Below, one piece after another: positions 1 to 8,865 of a stretch of 52,392 nt of DNA; within the stretch, counting starts at the first letter, position 1; every line of letters starts with the position of its first letter. The notes under the pieces were generated by a model. It did no database searches. It saw only the letters and a list, made by a program, of their open reading frames with translations, and was not told the DNA's origin. The DNA lies in the IMG/VR virus record IMGVR_UViG_3300025131_005133, positions 1-52,392 of that record; one strand, given 5' to 3'. This DNA comes from a virus (lineage: Duplodnaviria; Caudoviricetes). The position numbers and the translations under genes were made by a program.

Positions 1-126
1 GTTGGATTCTGTGTATGGTGTTTATCAAGTGTAACTGATATGGTGATACAATTGAATGGATTTAATGATATAGAAACATTAAAAGAGAGAATAGTTGAAT
101 TAGAAGAGGATTCAATGAATGAATAA
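1..126 (+). CDS. 3' end of hypothetical protein (partial)
   Basis: Frame 1 is open from base 1: VGFCVWCLSSVTDMVIQLNGFNDIETLKERIVELEEDSMNE*, overlapping the next start. Confidence 0.6.
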   Translation, partial: VGFCVWCLSSVTDMVIQLNGFNDIETLKERIVELEEDSMNE

Positions 127-913
127 TCTTACTATAAAAGAGATAGGTAAAGAATTAGCTATAGATTTGATACAAAGTACACACTACTCAAAAGTTATGC
201 CAAGGTTAACAAAACATTATCTTGGGTGTTTTTTAGAAAATAAATTAGTGGGTGTTGTCACATTAGGTTGGGGTACTCAACCTAAAGGTACTATAAATAA
301 GATGTTTCCTGGATTAGAGACTAAAGATTATTATGAAATTGGTAAAATGTGTATGTTAGATGAAATGCCTAAAAATTCAGAATCTCAAATGTTATCTAAG
401 GTTGTAAAATGGATGAAGATAAATACATCAGATAGATTATTTCTTTACACTTGGGCTGATGGTATAGTTGGTAAAGCTGGATATGTGTATCAATCATTTA
501 ATTTTTTGTATGGTGGTTTTATTTGGACAGATATATATGTTAGTGATAAGGGTGAAAAAATTCATCCTCGTTCAGCTAGAACCTTATGTGAGGAAAATGC
601 CAAAATGGTAGGCAAAGATAAGATTTTTTGGCTTACATATGATTTTATGAAAAAGAAAGGAATAAAGAGAATAAAGGGTAAACAATTTAGATATATTTTA
701 CCTTTAAGTAGAAAAGCTAAAAAAATGTTAAACGATTCAAATATGGAGTGGAGTATAAAATACCCTAAAGATATAGATTTAGAATGGAAAGAATTAGTTG
801 GTAAAGGAAAATATGAGATAATGAAAGAAGAACCAAAATTTAATTTAGATGTAGTAGAATATAATATAAAAAATGTAAACCCAAATAGAACAATTAAACA
901 TGATTTTTTTTAA
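119..913 (+). CDS. Mom-like (GNAT-fold) adenine modification enzyme
   Basis: Motifs HYS, LVGVVTLG, EIGKM..PKNSES, WADG...GYVYQSFNFLY resemble the phage Mu Mom family. Confidence 0.7.
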   Translation: MNNLTIKEIGKELAIDLIQSTHYSKVMPRLTKHYLGCFLENKLVGVVTLGWGTQPKGTINKMFPGLETKDYYEIGKMCMLDEMPKNSESQMLSKVVKWMKINTSDRLFLYTWADGIVGKAGYVYQSFNFLYGGFIWTDIYVSDKGEKIHPRSARTLCEENAKMVGKDKIFWLTYDFMKKKGIKRIKGKQFRYILPLSRKAKKMLNDSNMEWSIKYPKDIDLEWKELVGKGKYEIMKEEPKFNLDVVEYNIKNVNPNRTIKHDFF

Positions 914-940
914 TAGATGTAATAATTTGACAAAAGAATG

Positions 941-948
941 ATATTTAT
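941..948 (+). promoter_or_regulatory. ATATTTAT element (putative second promoter class)
   Basis: Intergenic, upstream of the RNR RBS; similar ATA(T/C)TTAT at 12852, 33271 and 47747. Confidence 0.3.
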
Positions 949-1004
949 AAATGTTATTAGATAAAAAATTGATACAAATCACAAAAGAATTATAGGAGTT
1001 ATAT

Positions 1005-3023
1005 ATGACAGAATTTAAAAAATTCAGCCTGTCAGACAATTTCATAGACGGATATAAAAGAAAAAGAGCACCATTCGGTTTTAACGGATTGGGTGAACTT
1101 GTCTATATGAGAACATATTCTCGTCTAAAAGATGATGGAAAAAACGAAATGTGGTGGGAAACTGTTAAGCGTGTTGTAGAGGGAACTTACAACATGCAAA
1201 AGAAACATATTGAGAGATATGATTTAGGGTGGAACGCGTGGCAAGCACAAAGGTCAGCACAGGAGATGTATGACCGAATTTTCAATATGAAATTCTTACC
1301 ACCCGGCCGAGGACTTTGGGCTATGGGAACATCAATAACCGAAGAACGAGGTTTGTACGCCGCCCTCAACAATTGTGCATTCGTATCAACACAAAATCTG
1401 AAAGATGATTTATCTAAACCATTTACATTCTTAATGGATGCAAGTATGGTTGGTGTTGGTGTTGGTTTTGATACAAAGGGTGCAGAATCGTTTGTTATAA
1501 GAGGACCCAAAACTGATAGAGGTATAGAAACATATGTAGTACCAGATACTCGTGAAGGATGGGTTGAATCAGTACGAAGATTATTAGATTCATATTTTCT
1601 TGGTATAACTCCAGTTGAGTTTGATTACACACAGATTAGAGAAAAGGGAGCACCAATCAAAGGATTCGGTGGTGTGTCAAGTGGTTACGAACCATTAGAA
1701 GAAGTCCATAATACCGTTAGAGAAACATTAGATAAGAATGTAGGTGAACCAATTTCAATAACTACAATCGTTGACATTATGAATCTAATCGGTAAGTGTG
1801 TTGTAGCTGGTAATGTAAGACGAACTGCTGAAATAGTATTTGGTGATTCAACATCAGAAGAATACATCAATTTAAAGAATTATAAAAAGAACCCACATAG
1901 AGAAACATATGGTTGGACATCAAACAATTCTATATTTGCTGAGTTGGGTATGGATTATACAGAAACGGCTGAACGAATAAATGATAATGGTGAACCTGGT
2001 TTCGCGTGGTTAGATAATATGAGAGAATATTCTCGTATGAAAAATGGTGGGGATAATAAAGATCACAGAGTTGCTGGTGGTAATCCCTGTCTTGAACAAT
2101 CACTTGAATCTTATGAGTTGTGTTGCTTGGTAGAAACATTTCCAAACAATCACGAGAGTTTAGAAGATTATATCAAGACATTGAAATACGCATATCTATA
2201 TGCTAAAACAGTAACACTTGGAAAAACACATTGGTCTGAAACAAATAGAGTGATGTTACGAAATAGAAGAATTGGAACATCAGTAAGTGGTGTGGCTCAA
2301 TTCATTACAGACAAAGGATTACATCAATTAAGAGAATGGTTAGAAAGTGGATATGATGCAATTCAAGATTATGATAAAATGTATTCAGATTGGTTAGCAG
2401 TTCCTCGTTCAATCAAAACTACATCAGTTAAACCAAGTGGAACTGTATCTCTATTAGCAGGAGCAACACCAGGATTACACTATCCTGAATCACGTTTCTA
2501 TATCAGACGAATAAGATTATCAATTAATTCACCATTAATCAAACCATTACAAAAAGCAGGTTACAACATAGAACCAGCTTTCGGTAGTGAAGATTCAACA
2601 GTAGTCGTAGATGTACCGGTTGATGTGGGTGAAGGTGTAAGAACAATTAACGATGTATCAATGTGGGAACAAATGAGTTTAGCAGCATTCATGCAAAAGT
2701 ATTGGGCAGATAACCAAGTAAGTTGTACTGTAACATTTGACCCTGATACAGAAGGACATCAGATAGCATCAGCACTTAACTATTTCCAATATCAGATGAA
2801 AGGTATATCATTCTTACCTAAAATGGAATTGGGTGCATACAAACAAATGCCATACGAAGAAATCACAAATAAAAAATATGATAAGATGGTAAAAGAATTA
2901 AGTTTCTTATCATTCAGACAAGTCAAAGGGAACGAAGCAGAAGTTGAAAAGTTCTGTAACAATGACCATTGTGAAATTGATTTTGGTGAATTGGTAGAGG
3001 AAACACAGGAAGCGGGGGTTTAA
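1005..3023 (+). CDS. nrdJ: Class II (adenosylcobalamin-dependent) ribonucleotide reductase, monomeric RTPR type
   Basis: RTYSR, PPGRGLW, ALNNCAF, GNVRRTAE, NPCLEQ (thiyl Cys), TTSVKPSGTVS, C-terminal CxxxxC; AGGAG RBS. Confidence 0.93.
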   Translation: MTEFKKFSLSDNFIDGYKRKRAPFGFNGLGELVYMRTYSRLKDDGKNEMWWETVKRVVEGTYNMQKKHIERYDLGWNAWQAQRSAQEMYDRIFNMKFLPPGRGLWAMGTSITEERGLYAALNNCAFVSTQNLKDDLSKPFTFLMDASMVGVGVGFDTKGAESFVIRGPKTDRGIETYVVPDTREGWVESVRRLLDSYFLGITPVEFDYTQIREKGAPIKGFGGVSSGYEPLEEVHNTVRETLDKNVGEPISITTIVDIMNLIGKCVVAGNVRRTAEIVFGDSTSEEYINLKNYKKNPHRETYGWTSNNSIFAELGMDYTETAERINDNGEPGFAWLDNMREYSRMKNGGDNKDHRVAGGNPCLEQSLESYELCCLVETFPNNHESLEDYIKTLKYAYLYAKTVTLGKTHWSETNRVMLRNRRIGTSVSGVAQFITDKGLHQLREWLESGYDAIQDYDKMYSDWLAVPRSIKTTSVKPSGTVSLLAGATPGLHYPESRFYIRRIRLSINSPLIKPLQKAGYNIEPAFGSEDSTVVVDVPVDVGEGVRTINDVSMWEQMSLAAFMQKYWADNQVSCTVTFDPDTEGHQIASALNYFQYQMKGISFLPKMELGAYKQMPYEEITNKKYDKMVKELSFLSFRQVKGNEAEVEKFCNNDHCEIDFGELVEETQEAGV

Positions 3024-3532
3024 TGAAAAATACAACTTGGAATAAAGATTGGAGAAAATCTGTTATCATATTAAGTGGTGGATTTGATCCAGTTCATAAA
3101 GGACATTTAAGAATGTTCAGAGAAGCATCTTGGCTAGGACATCAAGTAGTAGTAGGATTAAATTCAGATGAATGGTTAACACGAAAAAAAGGTAAACCAT
3201 TTATGGAGTTTAAAGAGAGAAAAGAAATACTTGAAGGGTTTAAATATATAAATCAAGTACTAGCTTTTGATGATTCAGATGATACTGCTTGTGGTTTACT
3301 TAAACAAGTTAGAACTATTTATAGTGGTGATGGATTTAACTATGATTATTTAGATACAAATCCTACTGGTGAGAATGAATATAAATTATACTTTGCTAAT
3401 GGTGGCGATAGAACAAAAGAAAATATTCCAGAAATTCCTGTATGTAAAGAACTTGGTGTTGAAATGTTATGGGGAATCGGTGGTGGTAAAATTCAATCAT
3501 CATCCTGGCTAACAAATGGAGAAGAAAAATAA
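3023..3532 (+). CDS. Cytidylyltransferase-like (HxGH) nucleotidyltransferase
   Basis: SGGFDPVHKGH, VGLNSDEWL.RKKG, FANGGDR, GGGKIQSSS. Confidence 0.88.
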   Translation: MKNTTWNKDWRKSVIILSGGFDPVHKGHLRMFREASWLGHQVVVGLNSDEWLTRKKGKPFMEFKERKEILEGFKYINQVLAFDDSDDTACGLLKQVRTIYSGDGFNYDYLDTNPTGENEYKLYFANGGDRTKENIPEIPVCKELGVEMLWGIGGGKIQSSSWLTNGEEK

Positions 3533-4665
3533 TTAGATTATTATTTATATTATTATTTTTATTTTCTTGTACGGATAATACAAATCCAGTAAGTACAGAA
3601 AATAATTTAACAACAATATCATCAGAAGCACTAACAATAAATCCTGGTGATTTACCAGAACCATTTATAGTTGGTGGTGAAGAAGTAGACCCAGCATGTC
3701 CAAATTGTAAATATGAATTTATGGTTTCACTTCGATATAGTGGTGGTCATTGGTGTGGTGGTTCACTTGTTAGAGAAGATTGGGTAATCACAGCCGCTCA
3801 TTGTGTAGAAGGAGTTTCAGAAAATAATCTTCAAGTTAAGATTGGATTACATAATGTTAATTCAACAACAGGAGCTATAACAAGAAATGTAGATGACATT
3901 ATAGTTCATCCACAATATAGTGGTTGGTCATTAGATAATGATTATGCTATACTACACTTATCATCACCTGTTACAAACTTTGAACCAATACAATTAGTTA
4001 CAGATGATTCACACGATGAAGAACCTGTAATGTCAACAACAATGGGTTGGGGTGCGACATCATCTGGTGGTGGTAGTTCTAATGTATTACTTGAAGTAGA
4101 TGTTCCAATTGACGATGGTTGTGGTAACTATTCTAATTCAGATATAACAAACAATATGGTTTGCGCAGGTGATGGTAACGGTGGTGAAGATTCTTGTCAA
4201 GGAGATAGTGGTGGTCCATTGATTATGACAAATGGTGATGGGGAGTATGAACTTATTGGTATAGTTAGCTGGGGATATGGTTGAGCTGAAGCTCAGTACC
4301 CGGGCGTGTACTCTCGAATATATCCAAGATTATCTTGGTTCTTTGATTATATAGGTGAACCTGAAACAGAATTTATTCCAGATTTATATGGTGATTCTAA
4401 CTTTGATGGTGTGATAAATGTTCTTGATATTGTTGTCATTGTAGGTTTTATATTGGGTAATGAAGAACCAACTGAAGAACAATCAATAACATCAGATATG
4501 AATCAAGATGGTGTTATAAATATTTTAGATGTGATATTGGTAGTAAATGAAGTTCTTGGAACATCATTTACACAATCAGTTCAATGGTTGGAAAAAACCT
4601 TTCCAGAATTAAAGACAAAGGAAAGATTAAGCAAATTAAATAAATTACAATATTTTGCTAAATAG
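3529..4665 (+). CDS. Lipoprotein trypsin-family (S1) serine protease with C-terminal dockerin-like domain; in-frame TGA at 4282-4284, probably selenocysteine
   Basis: One frame: signal/lipobox (IRLLFILLFLFSC), IVGG at 3667, TAAHC, DNDYAIL, DSCQGDSGGP, GIVSWGYG*AEAQYPGVY, then two DxNxDGVINxLD repeats. Joins track ORFs 3721-4284 and 4306-4665; start codon uncertain (ATA at 3529). Confidence 0.85.
4281..4317 (+). promoter_or_regulatory. Putative bacterial-type SECIS hairpin
   Basis: AGTAC (4295-99) pairs with GTACT (4308-12) around CCGGGCGT, 10 nt after the TGA; TTGAG/CTCGA can form a lower stem; local codons are unusually GC-rich. Confidence 0.65.
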
Positions 4666-4673
4666 GAGATAAG

Positions 4674-5114
4674 ATGGGATATAAACGAATAGTAGGTTTC
4701 ACTTGTGGAGCATTTGATTTGGTTCATCCAGGACATATGGTTATGTTTGAAGATGCTAAACATCAATGTGGTTATCTCATAGTAGGATTACAATCGGATC
4801 CAACAATAGACAGACCAGATGTAAAACATCACCCAGTTCAATCAGTTCGTGAACGATTGGAAATGTTAAAGGCGATACGATATATAGATGAGGTGATTGT
4901 ATATGATACAGAAGATGATTTGTATGAATTACTTAAAGAAATTAAACCAAATATACGAATCATCGGAAGTGATTGGAAACAAAGTAATAGTGGTTTCACA
5001 GGAGATGACTTACCAATCACGATATACTGGCACCACAGAAGCCACGATTGGTCATCATCAGATTTAAGAGAACGAGTATTTGAATCAGAAAAATGGAGAT
5101 GTAAAGCAAGATAA
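4674..5114 (+). CDS. Glycerol-3-phosphate cytidylyltransferase-like (TagD family)
   Basis: GAFDLVHPGH, IVGLQSDP, YIDEV, GSDW, SSSDLR; AGGAG RBS. Confidence 0.85.
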   Translation: MGYKRIVGFTCGAFDLVHPGHMVMFEDAKHQCGYLIVGLQSDPTIDRPDVKHHPVQSVRERLEMLKAIRYIDEVIVYDTEDDLYELLKEIKPNIRIIGSDWKQSNSGFTGDDLPITIYWHHRSHDWSSSDLRERVFESEKWRCKAR

Positions 5115-5117
5115 TAC

Positions 5118-5147
5118 TTGTTTCATAACACAAAAAGGTTGTATATT
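5118..5147 (+). promoter_or_regulatory. Putative promoter TTGTTT-N18-TATATT
   Basis: Same spacing as five TTGACT-N18-TATATT copies later in the window. Confidence 0.6.
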
Positions 5148-5152
5148 ATCAT

Positions 5153-5410
5153 ATGAATAAAAAATATTGTAACACATGTAGTTGGGAGTTAAGTAAACAC
5201 GAAGTAAGATATCCATCTCTGCATAAAAAAAATAAAATAGACAGAGAACGCGCTAAAAAATATTGTGAAGATCACGAAAGAGTTTATGGAAGTTTATGCA
5301 CTCCAATTTGGTGTGAGGAATGTGGTCATCTCAAAATATACAAAATAATGATTACAGAAAAGTCAAGAAAGATGACTCCAAAGTTTGATAAACGGAAAAA
5401 CCGAAAATAA
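5153..5410 (+). CDS. Hypothetical Zn-binding protein
   Basis: CNTC and CEEC pairs; abuts the polymerase start. Confidence 0.6.
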   Translation: MNKKYCNTCSWELSKHEVRYPSLHKKNKIDRERAKKYCEDHERVYGSLCTPIWCEECGHLKIYKIMITEKSRKMTPKFDKRKNRK

Positions 5411-7921
5411 ATGTACCAAAACATATATGTAAAAAGAACAAAGACAAATAGTGAAGTACATCTTTGGGATGACAAAACAGGTTATTCAAAATTTCAATAT
5501 AAACCATATGCATATTTAAAATCTCAAACTGGTCAACATCGTTCATTATATGGTGATAAGTTAAAAAAGGTAAACTTTTGGACAGGTGATGATATACAGA
5601 ATGGTAAAGTGTTTGAAAGTGATGTTCCAATTGAAACTCGTGTATTAGTAGATATGTATGGTGATTCTGATGAAATGTCAGAAAGTCATCGTGAAGTTTA
5701 TTTTGATATTGAAGTTGAGGTCACAAAAGGATTTCCAGACCCAAAAGAAGCTCGTAATAAGATAACTGCTATAGCATTATATGATAAGACAATAGATAAA
5801 TATCATTGTTTTGTTTTGGGTGATGTAAAGAATACAGATGTGATAGAATCATTTCGGTCAGAAGAAGAATTACTACAGAGATTTTATCAGAAATATCTTG
5901 AAATCAATCCTACAATATTGAGTGGTTGGAATATAGATGGATTTGATATTCCTTATTTATATAACAGAACTCGTAGAGTAATGGGTGAGAGTTTTGCTAA
6001 CGCACTTTCACCAATTGGAGAGGTGTTCTATTCAGAACATAAGAATAGATATAAGATAGCGGGTGTATCTTGTTTAGATTATTTAGCATTATATAAGAAG
6101 TTCACATACACACAACAATCATCATATAGGTTAGATTTCATAGGACAATTTGAGGTTGGACTTAGTAAGATTGAATATGAAGGAACACTTAATGATTTGT
6201 ATGAAACTGACATCAACAAGTTCATTGAATATAATTTGAATGATGTTAAGATAGTAAAAGCACTTGATGACAAGTTCGGTCTTATTAATTTAGCTATAGG
6301 CATCTCACATGTTGGACATACACCATACGAAGATGTATATTTCAGCAGTCGTTATCTTGAAGGAGCTCTATTAACTTATCTGAAAAAGATAAATGTAGTA
6401 GCACCTAATAAGAATTTAAGAGCTAAAGAACTGATGGATGGTGAGGAAAAGTTTACTGGTGCTTATGTAATGGAACCTGTTCCTGGTAGACACGCTTGGG
6501 TGTATGATTTAGATTTAACATCAATGTATCCGTCAATTATTATGACTTTGAACATATCACCTGAAATGAAAATAGGTAAATTGTTAGGATGGGATGTAAA
6601 AGAGTTTTTAAAGAGAACAAACAAAACATATTCGTTAGAAGTAGAAGGTAAGATAAAAGGTACTTTTAACGAGGCTGAGTTAGGCAGTATGTTAGCTTCA
6701 AACAAAGTTACACTCTCTACTAACGGAATCCTTTACAAAAATGATAGACCTGGATTGATACCATCTATCCTAGAAAAATGGTTTGATGAAAGAGTTGAGT
6801 TCAAAAAGTTAGCAAAAAAATATGCTGAAGATGGTGATAAACAGAAACATACATTTTTTGATAAACGACAGCATGTTCAAAAGATTATGTTGAATAGTTT
6901 GTACGGAGCATTAGGTCTTCCAGTATTCAGATTCTTTGATTTAGACAACGCCGCGGCAGTGACAACTTGTGGTCAAGAATTGATTAAATATACACAACAA
7001 ATGGCTAACTATTATTATAACAAAGAACTTAGTGATAAAGAAAAATATGTAATTTATACAGATACAGATAGTATATTCGTAAGTGCAGTTCCACTTGTAA
7101 AACATAGAAACCCCAACGCTGACACAGAAGATAATGAATATATGACGAAAGAGATATTATCAATAGCATCAGAGGTTCAAGAGTTTTTAAATGAAAGTTA
7201 TGATGTATTTGCAAAACGATTTCTAAATTGTGATGAACACAGATTTGATATTAAACAGGAAGTGATTTCAAAGTCAGCTTTTTGGGTGACAAAGAAAAGA
7301 TATGGTCAATGGATTATAAACGATGGTGGTGTTAAATGTGATAAGTTAGATGTCAAGGGATTAGATATTGTTAGGAGTAACTTTCCAGTAGCGTTTAAGA
7401 GTTTGATGACAGAGGTATTACAAGATATTCTTTCTGATGTAGATAAAGGTGAAATTGACACAAAGATATTAAATCTCAAATCATCAATGAAGGACATGAA
7501 ATTAACTGAAATTGCATTACCAACTGGTGTAAAGGGTATTCAAAAGTTTACTGATAAAAGTCGTAACAAATTTAATAGTATAGGTATGTTCACAAATATA
7601 AAAAAAGGTGCACCGGTTCATGTTAAGTCAGTAATAATCTACAACGATTTATTAAAACATTTTAGTTTAGATAAAGTAGAACCGATTAGAAATTCAGATA
7701 AAATCAAATGGGTGTATCTTAAATCAAATCCGTATGGTATAAAATCTATAGCGTTTAAGGATTATGAAGACCCAAAAGAGATAATGGATTTTATAGAACA
7801 ATATGTTGATTATGATAAACTGTTTGAACGAGCATTAAACAAGAAAATGAAAACTTGGTATGAAGCATTATCTTGGGAAGAACCAGTAGATAAACAATAT
7901 ACATTAGAGAGATTTTTTTAA
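5411..7921 (+). CDS. Family B DNA polymerase (gp43-like)
   Basis: Exonuclease motifs FDIE, WNIDGFDIPY, YNLND; polymerase motifs DLTSMYPSII, KIMLNSLYG, YTDTDS, KKRY; C-terminal LERFF resembles a clamp-binding tail. Confidence 0.96.
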   Translation: MYQNIYVKRTKTNSEVHLWDDKTGYSKFQYKPYAYLKSQTGQHRSLYGDKLKKVNFWTGDDIQNGKVFESDVPIETRVLVDMYGDSDEMSESHREVYFDIEVEVTKGFPDPKEARNKITAIALYDKTIDKYHCFVLGDVKNTDVIESFRSEEELLQRFYQKYLEINPTILSGWNIDGFDIPYLYNRTRRVMGESFANALSPIGEVFYSEHKNRYKIAGVSCLDYLALYKKFTYTQQSSYRLDFIGQFEVGLSKIEYEGTLNDLYETDINKFIEYNLNDVKIVKALDDKFGLINLAIGISHVGHTPYEDVYFSSRYLEGALLTYLKKINVVAPNKNLRAKELMDGEEKFTGAYVMEPVPGRHAWVYDLDLTSMYPSIIMTLNISPEMKIGKLLGWDVKEFLKRTNKTYSLEVEGKIKGTFNEAELGSMLASNKVTLSTNGILYKNDRPGLIPSILEKWFDERVEFKKLAKKYAEDGDKQKHTFFDKRQHVQKIMLNSLYGALGLPVFRFFDLDNAAAVTTCGQELIKYTQQMANYYYNKELSDKEKYVIYTDTDSIFVSAVPLVKHRNPNADTEDNEYMTKEILSIASEVQEFLNESYDVFAKRFLNCDEHRFDIKQEVISKSAFWVTKKRYGQWIINDGGVKCDKLDVKGLDIVRSNFPVAFKSLMTEVLQDILSDVDKGEIDTKILNLKSSMKDMKLTEIALPTGVKGIQKFTDKSRNKFNSIGMFTNIKKGAPVHVKSVIIYNDLLKHFSLDKVEPIRNSDKIKWVYLKSNPYGIKSIAFKDYEDPKEIMDFIEQYVDYDKLFERALNKKMKTWYEALSWEEPVDKQYTLERFF

Positions 7922-7928
7922 AAAAAGG

Positions 7929-7958
7929 TTGTTTTGTATTACAATTTAGTAGTATATT
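7929..7958 (+). promoter_or_regulatory. Putative promoter TTGTTT-N18-TATATT
   Basis: Intergenic, matches the repeated promoter architecture; RBS follows. Confidence 0.6.
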
Positions 7959-7988
7959 ATAACAATATTAAATACAGGAGAAGTAGGA

Positions 7989-8714
7989 ATGCAAAAAAGT
8001 AAGTTAGACAAGTTCATCCAAAAATACAACTTGGGTGGTAATGTAAATAGTGTTAAGTGGAAATCAGATGGAGATTCACTTTCAACATCATTTGTGACAC
8101 CAGACAAATCATTATTGGGTGAAGTAAGAGTAGATAAGTTCACATTTGAAGATGCTGAACTTGGTGTATATCAAACAGACCAACTAAAGAGTTTGATTGG
8201 TGTATTGGGTGATGATGTATCATTGACTTTATCAAGGTTCGGTGATAAAGCTGTATCATTAAAAGTAAAGAATGGTTCAGTATCAATTGATTATGTGTTA
8301 AGTGATTTATCAGTTATCGCAGACCCACCAGCACTTAAAAGATTACCTAATTTTGGAACACAGATTAAACTTGATACTAAGTTTATTGACACTTTCATCA
8401 AAGGTAAAGGTGCGTTAAGTGAAGTTGATACATTCACAGTTCTCAACAATGACAGAACAGGTAGAGTTGAGGTAATAATTGGTTATTCATCAATCAATAC
8501 AAATAGGGTAAACATTCCAGTAGAAACTACGACAAATGATTTGACAGACCCAGTTTCATTCAACGCCAATCTATTTAAAGAAGTGTTAGTTGCAAACAGA
8601 GAATGTACATCAGCAGTTCTTGAAGTTTCAAACGAAGGTTTAGCTCGTGTGAATTTCAAAGTTGATGATTATGATTCAACTTATTATGTAGTAGCAGTAC
8701 AGGATGTAGATTAA
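7989..8714 (+). CDS. DNA sliding clamp (gp45/PCNA-like)
   Basis: 241 aa beta-rich protein between polymerase and clamp loader; C-terminal SNEGLARVNF...YYVVA pattern. Confidence 0.75.
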   Translation: MQKSKLDKFIQKYNLGGNVNSVKWKSDGDSLSTSFVTPDKSLLGEVRVDKFTFEDAELGVYQTDQLKSLIGVLGDDVSLTLSRFGDKAVSLKVKNGSVSIDYVLSDLSVIADPPALKRLPNFGTQIKLDTKFIDTFIKGKGALSEVDTFTVLNNDRTGRVEVIIGYSSINTNRVNIPVETTTNDLTDPVSFNANLFKEVLVANRECTSAVLEVSNEGLARVNFKVDDYDSTYYVVAVQDVD

Positions 8715-8715
8715 T

Positions 8716-8865
8716 ATGAAAAAAGAGAAACGAGAATGGAAATATACATTGATGTTATCTGATGGTAATGGAGTATATTTTGCTAATTCATTGTGGGGAC
8801 TATTTACTGAAATATTATTACATAGATTATTTCATTTCAAGAGAGGTGATGGATGGCGGAATTAA
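8716..8865 (+). CDS. Small hypothetical protein (49 aa)
   Basis: MKKEKREWKYTLMLSDGNGVYFANSLWGLFTEILLHRLFHFKRGDGWRN*; fills the gap exactly, below track cutoff. Confidence 0.6.
   Translation: MKKEKREWKYTLMLSDGNGVYFANSLWGLFTEILLHRLFHFKRGDGWRN

Noticed and set aside
4306-4665. Stand-alone 119-aa dockerin protein from the ORF track
   Set aside because: Its GTG start is the Val of the trypsin PGVY motif and has no RBS; it is the C-terminus of the protease
5411-7921. Intein or intron in the polymerase or RNR
   Set aside because: Lengths are normal and motifs contiguous; no splice-junction or LAGLIDADG signatures
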